Assembly (NCBI GenBank): GCA_963668675.2
Contig: CAXXMB010000001.1
Location: 1,056,001-1,120,000 of the forward strand
From: an uncultured Desulfatitalea sp.
Lineage (GTDB): Bacteria; Desulfobacterota; Desulfobacteria; Desulfobacterales; Desulfosarcinaceae
Direction: 5' to 3'
DNA: 64,000 nucleotides
Positions 9,429 through 18,032 of this stretch are shown here, in pieces; position 1 is the first letter of the stretch; the number at the start of each line of letters is the position of its first letter. The translations under genes and the position numbers were made by a program. The notes beneath the pieces were generated by a model. The model did no database searches. It saw nothing but the letters and a program-made list of their open reading frames with translations, and had not been told where the DNA came from.

Positions 9429-9815
9429 GCTTCAAAAGCGAAAAAGACGATACTCGAAGAACATCGGAGCGATGTCAGATGAACCACTTTACGGGTTGCT
9501 TGTTCAGGTTACCGATGATCAGAAAATTGCTGTCTCATAGTTTTTACGACAACTTATCGAAGACAAATTGAATCAAGGAGTAGGAAAAAATGTAGTCTAT
9601 GAAGGCATCATAATGGAAATAATAGTCGAATATGAACTCAGGGTCACTGGTCGGTTTGCTCGTTATGTTGGCGTTGATCGTGATAAGCGCTCAGATGTAA
9701 AAAAGAGACCCGGAAGTTGGATATCGATATATGGATTTGAACCTCACTTCTCGGAAGCCCTGTTTTTTGGGATGAAAAGCAAAAACGATTTGAACAGCCT
9801 TAAAGGATTGCGTGT

Positions 9816-10613
9816 TCATGATGCACCCTGGATCATATCGATAAATTCGGGAAGCATTAAAATATTCACTTGCTTATCTTTGGGCATGTTAGCAACGGCC
9901 TGTGAATAACACCCCGTGCAAATGTGAACCATGGTGTCGGTTTGAACATGACCAAGCATATGCGCCAGGCCATCGGGTTTAAAGCAGCAGGAGGGCGCGC
10001 TGATCCTGTTGATGGAAAGCCCTGTGATTTGATTAAAAACCCGATTCGTTGATTTCAAGTCCACAGGAACTGGTGAAAAACGCTGATGTAATTTATAGCA
10101 TCCGGCATAATAGTCGATTTGTTGATTGCATTCCAAGGTGCCAATGGCTTCAAGAAGCACCTCGGGAAAATAGATGATGTTCTCCTCTGGAAACGTAAAT
10201 TTATAGATTGGATAACATGGAGAGCAGAAAAGGATGATCCTGCTTGCCCCCAGCTTTTTGGCCTGCTCAATGTTGTTGCCGACAAATTCCTTGGAAAGCG
10301 AACGACACTCTTCCATTGCCGTCTCATCTTTTTCCTTTATCGCCGGTCGATAGAGATAATTGCCGCAGCAATATTCCTTGGACAGAAAGGTGTAGTCAAT
10401 TCCGCCTCGCTCCAAAATTCGGGCGAACTTTTCCACTGCATTGGGAACCACTTTCAGATTTTGACAGCCCATAATGACCACATTTTCCGCCGGCCGATCA
10501 AACGGAAGATTCATTGCTTTCATCGTTTCGATGCGGTCGGGCAAATTTTCGAAGGTGTGCCCGAGAGTCCGAATTGTTTCGACCATTTTGGTATCAATCA
10601 GCGTGTGCATCAT
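9816..10613 (-). CDS. CCG-domain (HdrB/GlpC-like) Fe-S protein
   Basis: IMGC, EYCCG, CSPCY, YYAGC, SCCF and CTGCY motifs. Confidence 0.8.
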   Translation of the reverse strand: MMHTLIDTKMVETIRTLGHTFENLPDRIETMKAMNLPFDRPAENVVIMGCQNLKVVPNAVEKFARILERGGIDYTFLSKEYCCGNYLYRPAIKEKDETAMEECRSLSKEFVGNNIEQAKKLGASRIILFCSPCYPIYKFTFPEENIIYFPEVLLEAIGTLECNQQIDYYAGCYKLHQRFSPVPVDLKSTNRVFNQITGLSINRISAPSCCFKPDGLAHMLGHVQTDTMVHICTGCYSQAVANMPKDKQVNILMLPEFIDMIQGAS

Positions 10614-10713
10614 CTAAGCCCTGATTTATGGTTTAGTATCTTGCTATTTTCAATTTTGATGGACAGATATGTCATGGTGCATAAACACTTTGGCAACGGT
10701 TTCCGAGTTTTGT

Positions 10714-11361
10714 CTACCGCAGGGGTGAAAACGGCAGGGCGACCAGCCGCAGCGCCTTTTCTCTTGGGGCCAGCAGCCGGACACTCCTTAAAAACTTTTT
10801 CCTCCACTCTCCAGCTGGTTCGTATTTCTGCTTAGGCTCCGGGGATTTCCAGACATCGATGACTTCATTCGGGCTTCCACTGATGGGTCGCCAGCTGGCA
10901 ATGATCGGCACGAATTTACGCGACTCCGCAAGTCCCGCTTCCAGATTGTCCATCTGCCCATTGGCTGCTTCCAGTATGGCAAACAAATAGCCGTGGTTGG
11001 GCGTTTCCCTGCTGTCGGCAATGGCTTGATGCAGAACCTCACTTGGAACGGCCTTTCCAAGGGGTTCCAGCAGTCGGCTGTGCCTTACAGGCGCGTGGTC
11101 CTCAAGCCCGGCGGCGTACTCTCCCCAGGCTTTGCTCCGACTGCAGTTGACGCGAAACGCCTTGAGCGACTCCATATTATCGAATTCCATTATCTGCTTA
11201 ACCTGACAGAACCACTCGACATCGCTGCTTAACGCTGCGATCAACCTTGCCCCCAGCTCCGGCAGGACAGGCACCAATTTCTCTTGGGCAAATTCGATAT
11301 AGTTGTCCAACGCCTCATAGCTTGCATGGGCGAGGTTCAAGGTTTCTTCCGTATAGATCAT
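10714..11361 (-). CDS. NIPSNAP-family protein
   Basis: MIYTEETL start, duplicated ferredoxin-like pattern and C-terminal LPFSPLR. AAGGAG RBS. Confidence 0.7.
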   Translation of the reverse strand: MIYTEETLNLAHASYEALDNYIEFAQEKLVPVLPELGARLIAALSSDVEWFCQVKQIMEFDNMESLKAFRVNCSRSKAWGEYAAGLEDHAPVRHSRLLEPLGKAVPSEVLHQAIADSRETPNHGYLFAILEAANGQMDNLEAGLAESRKFVPIIASWRPISGSPNEVIDVWKSPEPKQKYEPAGEWRKKFLRSVRLLAPREKALRLVALPFSPLR

Positions 11362-11692
11362 GTCAACTCCTTCTTTTCATAGTGTTACAGTGATTTTTAT
11401 GAATCAATATAAAATATGCAGATGTAGGTGCAATATCCGGTTCTCAGAGTCTGGATCCCTTAGAGATTTACCAGCGATATCGATAAAAGAGGCTGCTCGA
11501 TACCCACCTTTTTTTCTCTTTCATTTCAGCTTTGGCGATACAAATCATCAGTCTGTATCTATTAGATATGTTGATATATTCCCGCTTTGTGCAACTACGG
11601 CTGTCGAACGCTGGAGGATGTATCCGGATTAAAGATGAAGGTTCAAGTTTTGCCTCTATTTGGTAGATCGGCACGCAATAAAATAATCCCTT

Positions 11693-12463
11693 CTAAAATT
11701 TCATATATGCACCATCGATTAAAAATTCATCACCTGAATGATAAGCGCTGCCATCGCTGGCAAAATAGACAGCTGCCGGGCCAAAATCTGCCGGAACACC
11801 CCAGCGGCGTTGGGGAATCCTTGGCATCACGGCGTTTTCAAACGTGCTGTTGGAAAACATCTCAGCCGTCATATCCGTTTCGATCCAGCCGGGCAGGATA
11901 GCATTGGCCCGAATACCATAGCGGGCATAGCCCACGGCTATGGCCCGAATCAGAGAAAGCAAGCCACCTTTGGTCGATGCGTAATGCGCGGCGCGCGGAG
12001 CGCCGGACAGGGCTGACATACTGCTGGTCGCAACCAGTGACCCCTTGACCTTCTTTTCTATCATGTGCCTGATCGCTGCCCTAAAGGTAAAAAAAACACC
12101 CTCCATATTGACGCTGTATATCCTCCTCCACTCCTCAATAGTCATTTTATGAAACGGTACTCCCGACCCTCCCTGGCCGGCATTGGCAAAGCAAGCGGTG
12201 ACTTTTCCTAGTGTATCAACCGTCCTGCTAAAACATTTTTCAACCTGCTGTTCATCCGAGACGTCACATTTTAAGGCCAGAACCCGACGGCCATAATCCT
12301 GCAGTTTTTCTTCAGCCGCCTTATTCTTCTCCTCGTTTCTTCCCCAGATACAGACATCGGCCCCAGCCTCTGCCAAAGCCGCGGCCATACCCAACCCGAT
12401 ACCGCCGTTACCGCCGGTTACCAGCGCCACTTTACCTTCAAGATTAAAATATGATGTTCCCAT
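11693..12463 (-). CDS. Short-chain dehydrogenase/reductase
   Basis: TGGNGGIG, ANAG, YASTK and PGWIETDM motifs. AAGGAGG RBS before ATG at 12463. Confidence 0.93.
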   Translation of the reverse strand: MGTSYFNLEGKVALVTGGNGGIGLGMAAALAEAGADVCIWGRNEEKNKAAEEKLQDYGRRVLALKCDVSDEQQVEKCFSRTVDTLGKVTACFANAGQGGSGVPFHKMTIEEWRRIYSVNMEGVFFTFRAAIRHMIEKKVKGSLVATSSMSALSGAPRAAHYASTKGGLLSLIRAIAVGYARYGIRANAILPGWIETDMTAEMFSNSTFENAVMPRIPQRRWGVPADFGPAAVYFASDGSAYHSGDEFLIDGAYMKF

Positions 12464-12504
12464 ATTATCCTCCTTTTTACCATCGTTGAGTGGCACACTA
12501 TTAG

Positions 12505-12518
12505 AACGAACGTTCGTT
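12505..12518. promoter_or_regulatory. Perfect palindrome, putative TetR-type operator
   Basis: AACGAACGTTCGTT, about 40 bp upstream of the SDR start. Confidence 0.55.
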
Positions 12519-12827
12519 TTATAATACCAGGAATAATCAGATTGGCAATATTTTTATGAAAATATATTATCCGCTTCTCCATATAGCTTAAGTGTCCGAA
12601 ATTTAGTAATGATTGGCCTATGCAACGTATCTGATTCTTTGGCTCAATCTCATTACGATCAATGGAAAAGTCCCCCCGCCCCCCTCACCTGCGGTGAAGG
12701 AGGAAGGTGAGTCGGCAGCTGTACATAAGGTATGATAATGAAAAACAGACGCGACTCAATCCTCTTTTTAAGGTTTGACAAGATTGAATGGGTCTACTAT
12801 ATTCCAGAATAACGATTTGGAGGAATC

Positions 12828-13172
12828 ATGAGAGATTTTGTTAAGGTCATGAAAGCATTGTCGGATCCAAACCGGATCAAGATGATCAAGTTGCTGCAGC
12901 GTCGTGTTCTATGCGTATGTGAAATTCAGGAGGCCATGGGGTTGGCCCAGTCCACAGCCAGCAAGCACCTTAAAATACTGGAAGACGCCGGATTGATAAC
13001 TTTTTCGAAAGATGGGTTGTGGGTCAACTATCGCCTCGCCGATGGGGATAGGAATCCTTATGTGGCCAGTATGCTTGGAAACCTGCGACACTGGCTCGAA
13101 GAGGATCCTGAAGTGGAGGCGCTGTTTGCCCGGCTGCCCGATATCCGCCGCGAAATCATTTGCGGAAACTAA
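12828..13172 (+). CDS. arsR: ArsR/SmtB-family transcriptional regulator
   Basis: KALSDPNRIKM...LCVCEI...QSTASKHLKIL...GLWVNYRL. Confidence 0.92.
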   Translation: MRDFVKVMKALSDPNRIKMIKLLQRRVLCVCEIQEAMGLAQSTASKHLKILEDAGLITFSKDGLWVNYRLADGDRNPYVASMLGNLRHWLEEDPEVEALFARLPDIRREIICGN

Positions 13173-13264
13173 ATTTTTTTAGCCTTTATATATCACTATA
13201 TGACGAATTTAGAATAAAGTATCTCTTGGGATGCATCGTGTTCCCTTGAAACGGAGGTTTTCTA

Positions 13265-14380
13265 ATGGACAACACCAATCACAAAATCTGCTGCTGCAGT
13301 GCAACCCAGGCGGTCTCCACCACTATGGGTCAGGTAAGCGAACCGAACAATTCGCCCGTCATCAAATATGTCGCTGGGGTAGCAGTCATGATCGCGGTCT
13401 GGTGGCTGATTTACGGTCAACTTAAACCTTTGGCCGACTTTCTCACCCTGACGCTGGCCGGATGGACCGGTTTTGCGCCTGAAGGCCATTTGGGGCAGGC
13501 GATCGCATTTTTTCTGTACGACACGCCGAAGGTGCTGATGCTCCTGACGCTGGTGGTATTCGGCGTTGGAATCGTACGTTCTTTTTTTACGCCCAGTAGA
13601 ACCCGTGCCATTCTGGCCGGTAAGCGCGAATCGGTCGGCAATGTTCTGGCGGCCTGTCTGGGGATCGTAACCCCCTTTTGCTCCTGTTCGGCTGTGCCCC
13701 TGTTTCTGGGTTTCGTTACTACAGGCATACCGTTGGGGGTGACCTTTTCGTTTCTCATTGCGGCCCCCATGGTCAATGAGGTCGCCCTGGTCCTTCTGTA
13801 CGGGCTTTTCGGGTGGAAAGTCGCTGTGATTTACTTAAGCACCGGGCTCGCCATCGCCATCATCGCCGGCTGGGTGATCGGACGGATGAAAATGGAGCGC
13901 CATCTCGAGGACTGGGTGTACGAGATCCAGGCCGGCCAAGTCGCCGTAGAGAACGGTCCCGAAGACTGGGTCGAGCGTATCCGCTATGGGTTCGAGTCGG
14001 TGCGCGATATCGTGGGCAAGGTGTGGTTTTACGTCGTAATCGGCATTGCCGTGGGGGCCGGCATTCATGGGTATGTGCCGGAGGGTCTTCTGGCGTCGTT
14101 CATGGGCAAATCAGCCTGGTGGTCGGTGCCGGTATCGGTGATCCTGGGTATTCCCATGTATTCCAATGCTGCCGGTATCATTCCCATCGTGCAGGCCTTG
14201 CTTGAAAAAGGCGCTGCGCTGGGCACCGTTTTGGCCTTCATGATGTCGGTCATCGCCCTGTCATTGCCCGAGGCGATTATCCTGCGCAAAGTGCTCAAAC
14301 CGCGATTGATTGCAACCTTTATCGGTGTGGTCGGCGCAGGCATTCTGACCGTCGGATACATTTTCAACTACTTTGTCTGA
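13265..14380 (+). CDS. arsP: ArsP/DUF318 permease
   Basis: TPFCSCSAVP, SFLIAAPMVNE, GIPMYSNAAG and ALSLPE motifs. Confidence 0.9.
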   Translation: MDNTNHKICCCSATQAVSTTMGQVSEPNNSPVIKYVAGVAVMIAVWWLIYGQLKPLADFLTLTLAGWTGFAPEGHLGQAIAFFLYDTPKVLMLLTLVVFGVGIVRSFFTPSRTRAILAGKRESVGNVLAACLGIVTPFCSCSAVPLFLGFVTTGIPLGVTFSFLIAAPMVNEVALVLLYGLFGWKVAVIYLSTGLAIAIIAGWVIGRMKMERHLEDWVYEIQAGQVAVENGPEDWVERIRYGFESVRDIVGKVWFYVVIGIAVGAGIHGYVPEGLLASFMGKSAWWSVPVSVILGIPMYSNAAGIIPIVQALLEKGAALGTVLAFMMSVIALSLPEAIILRKVLKPRLIATFIGVVGAGILTVGYIFNYFV

Positions 14381-14431
14381 CAGGCTGCCTACCAACACAA
14401 GCGAACAAAACGCAAATAGAGGAGTGTTACC

Positions 14432-14662
14432 ATGGAAATCAAAATACTGGGACCTGGTTGTGCCAAATGTGAAAAAACTGAAAAAATAGTCAAAGAGGCC
14501 GTTGCCGAAGCCGGGGTTGGCGCCGCCATCGAAAAGGTCACCGATATGATGAAAATAGCCGGCTACGGCGTTTTCGGAACACCCGCAGTGGTGGTGAATG
14601 GAGAAGTAAAGTCGGTGGGCAAAATCCCTAAAAAGAAAGATGTAATGGCTTGGCTGAAATAG
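14432..14662 (+). CDS. Small redox-active disulfide (thioredoxin-like) protein
   Basis: IKILGPGCAKC...YGVFGTPAVVVNGEVK. Confidence 0.9.
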   Translation: MEIKILGPGCAKCEKTEKIVKEAVAEAGVGAAIEKVTDMMKIAGYGVFGTPAVVVNGEVKSVGKIPKKKDVMAWLK

Positions 14663-14910
14663 TTTTCACGGACGACATTCGCAAGGCTCTCGACACCGAG
14701 ATGGTATGCTATTGCTCCAAGGTCACGAAGGCGCACATCATGCGCGCGATCGGCAATGGGGATTGTTCGGTGACGGAAATAAAAAACGCCACCGGTGCCG
14801 GCACCCAGGGACGCTGCAAGGAAATCAGCCCCAGAGAGCGCTGATGTTCGCGGGAGATCCGCATTCTCCTGGGGCAGGAGAACGATCAAACCGACAACCC
14901 TTTTATTTGA
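14650..14910 (+). CDS. BFD-like (2Fe-2S)-binding protein, probable selenoprotein (UGA 14842-14844)
   Basis: VCYCSKVT...GRCKEISPRER-UGA-CSREIRILL. Read-through gives a U-C pair and ends at TGA 14908-14910, just before the next RBS. A hairpin follows the UGA. Confidence 0.7.
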
Positions 14911-14922
14911 TGGAGAAGAGAC

Positions 14923-15315
14923 GTGGAACAAGTGCTTAGAAAACTCACATTGGAGTTTTTTGGTAAAGGGAAACACAAGATATCGCCCGATAAATTTTTC
15001 AAAATGGAAAATGTTTTTTTGCTGGATGTTCGATCCAAAGAAGAAGCCGATTCTATCTCAATAGCCATGAAATCGCACCCCAACATAGTATCCAAAAATA
15101 TTCCGGTCCATGAGATTCCAGACAGACTTAACGAGGTGCCGAAAAATAAACTGGTCGGCGTATTTTGTCCTGCGAATGTCAGATCGGCTATCACATATGC
15201 CTATTTGCTTTCAAAGGGATTTTCGGACGTTCGCATCGTTGATGGTGGATATTCCGATCTAACGGAGGTTTTGAAGCCTGGCCCCGTGCTCAAAGCGCTT
15301 CAAAGCTATAAGTGA
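14923..15315 (+). CDS. Rhodanese-like domain protein
   Basis: LLDVRSKEE...VFCPANVRS...IVDGGY. Confidence 0.88.
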   Translation: MEQVLRKLTLEFFGKGKHKISPDKFFKMENVFLLDVRSKEEADSISIAMKSHPNIVSKNIPVHEIPDRLNEVPKNKLVGVFCPANVRSAITYAYLLSKGFSDVRIVDGGYSDLTEVLKPGPVLKALQSYK

Positions 15316-15338
15316 TCAAAGGTTCGAGGAAATCTTAA

Positions 15339-16145
15339 ATGACCAATTTGATTATCACCGGCTTGCTTATTTTCATTGTCGCCGTGTCCATGACCATGGT
15401 TGGCAAGGGTGGAGGAAATTTTTATGTCGTGATTTTGGCGATAGCCGGTGTTCCCATGCATGAGGCGGCGACAACCGGCCTGTTTATGCTTTTTTCAGCA
15501 TCTGTAGCGGCGATGATCGTTTTCCAGAAGAATGAATCGGTATCGTGGCTTTTGGCTGTTCTGGTCGGTACATTTACTGCTTTATCCGCCCTTGGCGGAG
15601 GGTATTTCTCTCATTTGTTCAGCGGTTTTTCTTTAAAACTGATATTCGCTGTTATGTTGCTCATCGCCGGCATTGTTATGCTCATTCCAGTCTATAATCG
15701 TAAAACTTCCACAGAGGGGAAACATTTCGGGGTTATCCGGATTCGATCCGGCCCGGAAGTATATGGCGTGAACTTGTGGATCGCACTGCCTGTAACGATC
15801 TTGACAGGCTTTGGTTCGGGGATGGTGGGCGTTTCAGGAGGGTCTTTTCTGGTTCCGCTGATGGTTTTGGCATGTGGGGTTCCCATGCACAAAGCTGTCG
15901 GAACCGCGTCAACATTAATAGCGGCAACCGCTTTCATGGGGTTTGCAGGCCATGCGGTCCAGGGGGATTTTAACCCTTCATGGGCCATCCCATTGGCCAT
16001 TATTACCGTTGTTGGGGGAATAGTTGGCGGAAAACTGGCGTTGAGCACGAAGCCGAAACATCTCAAAAAGCTTTTCGCATATACGAACTGGCTTGCCGCT
16101 CTATTTATGATCGTAAACGCACTCCATACAAAGGGGATTATATAA
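15339..16145 (+). CDS. TauE/SafE-family sulfite exporter
   Basis: GKGGGNFYV and GMVGVSGGSFLVPLM...AVGTAS motifs; multiple TM segments. Confidence 0.88.
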   Translation: MTNLIITGLLIFIVAVSMTMVGKGGGNFYVVILAIAGVPMHEAATTGLFMLFSASVAAMIVFQKNESVSWLLAVLVGTFTALSALGGGYFSHLFSGFSLKLIFAVMLLIAGIVMLIPVYNRKTSTEGKHFGVIRIRSGPEVYGVNLWIALPVTILTGFGSGMVGVSGGSFLVPLMVLACGVPMHKAVGTASTLIAATAFMGFAGHAVQGDFNPSWAIPLAIITVVGGIVGGKLALSTKPKHLKKLFAYTNWLAALFMIVNALHTKGII

Positions 16146-16204
16146 TTGTAGATATAAAGCGGCCGAAATATCGGAACATGCCTATTTCCGGCACGAGGGA
16201 GGTC

Positions 16205-16273
16205 ATGATGACGGATAAACGCGCAGTATTCATATAGGAACACAACAGCGCCCGTAGCCAGATGTCTGAATGA
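16205..16273 (+). pseudogene. arsC: Arsenate reductase (LMW-PTP type) 5' remnant
   Basis: MMTDKRAVFI*EHNSARSQMSE*: the CxxNSxRSQM P-loop with its Cys codon replaced by TAG. Confidence 0.75.
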
Positions 16274-16289
16274 ATATACGGAAGGGCGC

Positions 16290-16610
16290 ACGACAGCTTC
16301 GAACATTAAAAAACTGAGCTTTCTGGACCGCTTTCTCACACTGTGGATCTTTATTGCCATGTTCGTCGGCGTGAGAGACGGTTCTTTGCACCCGTAAATC
16401 AAGAATTTCATCAACCGCTTTTCCGTGGGCGCCACCAACATTCCCATCGCCATCGGCCAGATCGCCGAAAGCGTGTTCATCTACCTGGGTATTCCACTGT
16501 GCATTTACTTCGTCATCATGTTTTTTGTTTCTTTCTGGCTCTCAATGAAAGCCCGAGCGACGTATGAAAAACTATTTCTAAAGTATCAATCGATAAGGCC
16601 GATTAGCTAA
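16290..16610 (+). pseudogene. acr3: Acr3 arsenite efflux remnant with internal deletions
   Basis: KKLSFLDRFLTLWIFIAMFVGV, TNIPIAIG, QIAESVFIYLGIP and LCIYFVIMFFVSF are distant Acr3 segments joined directly. Start codon is ACG and there is an internal stop. Confidence 0.8.
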
Positions 16611-16685
16611 TCACATTTTGATGATCTTATTTACCACGTACGGGCGCACCCACCCAACGAGCAATCAGGAAAGGACACAAATGCA

Positions 16686-17651
16686 ATGAAGAACTTGATT
16701 ATCTTTTTAACTGCAGCAGCCATTTTTTTATCCTTGCCGTTAATGGCTTCAGCCAAAGCTTATGATGGCAAAAAAATTCTGTACATCGATTCATATCATG
16801 AAGGATATGCGTGGAGTGACGGCATCACCCAAGGGGTTCACAATGCATTGAAGGATTCGGCGGCCACTCTTAAAATCATCCGCATGGATACGAAACGAAA
16901 TGCAAACGAGGACTTTAAAAAAGAAGCAGCACTAAAGGCCAAAACAGCAATAGAGGATTATCAACCCGACGTCGTCATCGCCTCTGATGATAACGCCTCA
17001 AAATACCTCATTGCCCCGTTTTTTAATGGGAAATCAATTCCATTTGTCTTTTGCGGCGTCAACTGGGATGCCGGTGGGTATGGCTTTCCTTCCTCAAACG
17101 TGACCGGCATGCTGGAAGTCACACCTGTACCGCAGTTGATCAATGAGCTAAAACCGTTTGCCAAAGGTGATCGCATTGGCTTTTTGGCACCCGACATTCT
17201 GACCGCCAAAAAAGAGGCTGAGAACTATAAGCGTGTTTTCGGGATGAAACTGTCTGAATACTACGCAAGCAGCTATGATGACTGGAAAAATGGTTTTAAA
17301 GAACTGCAAAAGCAAGTGGACATCCTGATCGTCGATTCAGATGGTGGGCTCTATAACAATCAGAAGGCGGACATGCAGTCCTTTGTCAAGGCAAACACTA
17401 CCATTCCCACCGGATCTGCCTACGATTTCATGGCCCACTGCACACTCTTCACCTTTGCAAAGGTGGCCGAGGAACAGGGGGTCTGGGCTGCAAAAGCTGC
17501 TCTCAAGATTCTGGACGGGACCTCACCTTCACAAATTCCGCTGGAGAAAAACAAAGAGGGCAAGCTTATCATCAACATGCAGATTGCACAGGCCATGAAT
17601 GCCAATATTCCTTTTGGAATCATTCAGGCAGCCGACCTGGTGATCGAATAG
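16686..17651 (+). CDS. ABC-type substrate-binding protein (ABC_sub_bind-like), orphan
   Basis: Signal peptide. ILYIDSYHEGYAWSDG, PDVVIASDDNA, PFVFCGVN and EQGVWAAKAALKILDG motifs. Confidence 0.88.
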   Translation: MKNLIIFLTAAAIFLSLPLMASAKAYDGKKILYIDSYHEGYAWSDGITQGVHNALKDSAATLKIIRMDTKRNANEDFKKEAALKAKTAIEDYQPDVVIASDDNASKYLIAPFFNGKSIPFVFCGVNWDAGGYGFPSSNVTGMLEVTPVPQLINELKPFAKGDRIGFLAPDILTAKKEAENYKRVFGMKLSEYYASSYDDWKNGFKELQKQVDILIVDSDGGLYNNQKADMQSFVKANTTIPTGSAYDFMAHCTLFTFAKVAEEQGVWAAKAALKILDGTSPSQIPLEKNKEGKLIINMQIAQAMNANIPFGIIQAADLVIE

Positions 17652-17721
17652 ATTCCTATAGAATTGCCTGTTCCCGGCAGCGGATTGCCAAGAAATGCTT
17701 TTCGCTGCCGGGAATTCCAAC

Positions 17722-17871
17722 TTATTAAACCGGCAATTAAATAGACCACCCTTTGTCATCCTGGACTTGATCCAGGATCCAGTAAACGTCTGGATAGCGC
17801 CAAGGCTTCACTGCCTGCCCGGCTTTCGCCGGAATGACGGGAATTGTGATCTTTAATTGCCGGGTTAATAA
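17722..17871. repeat. MITE/REP-like miniature element, copy 1
   Basis: TIRs TTATTAAACCGGCAATTAAA ... TTTAATTGCCGGGTTAATAA, with internal hairpins GTCATCCTGGACTTGATCCAGGATCC and CCGGCTTTCGCCGGAATGAC. Confidence 0.8.
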
Positions 17872-17913
17872 AAAAAGCGCGTCTATACAGTTGGTATGAA
17901 GACGCGCTTTTTT
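17871..17913. terminator. Bidirectional intrinsic terminator
   Basis: AAAAAAGCGCGTCT...AGACGCGCTTTTTT between convergent genes. Confidence 0.75.
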
Positions 17914-18032
17914 ATATTTTATAAGTTTCGCCAACTCAGCGCTGCCATAACCGCATTAGAGCAGTCCGCCGGCCAGCGCACTGCTATTGCGCCAAATGGT
18001 TGATGTTCACGGTATCGTTGAGGTGATGGCCG

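Noticed and set aside
12665..12715. C-rich/G-rich REP-like palindrome
   Set aside because: Single degenerate copy with too little support.
16235..16237. Recoded TAG at the ArsC catalytic Cys
   Set aside because: The frame ends again 12 codons later and the rest of the gene is missing, so it is a pseudogene.
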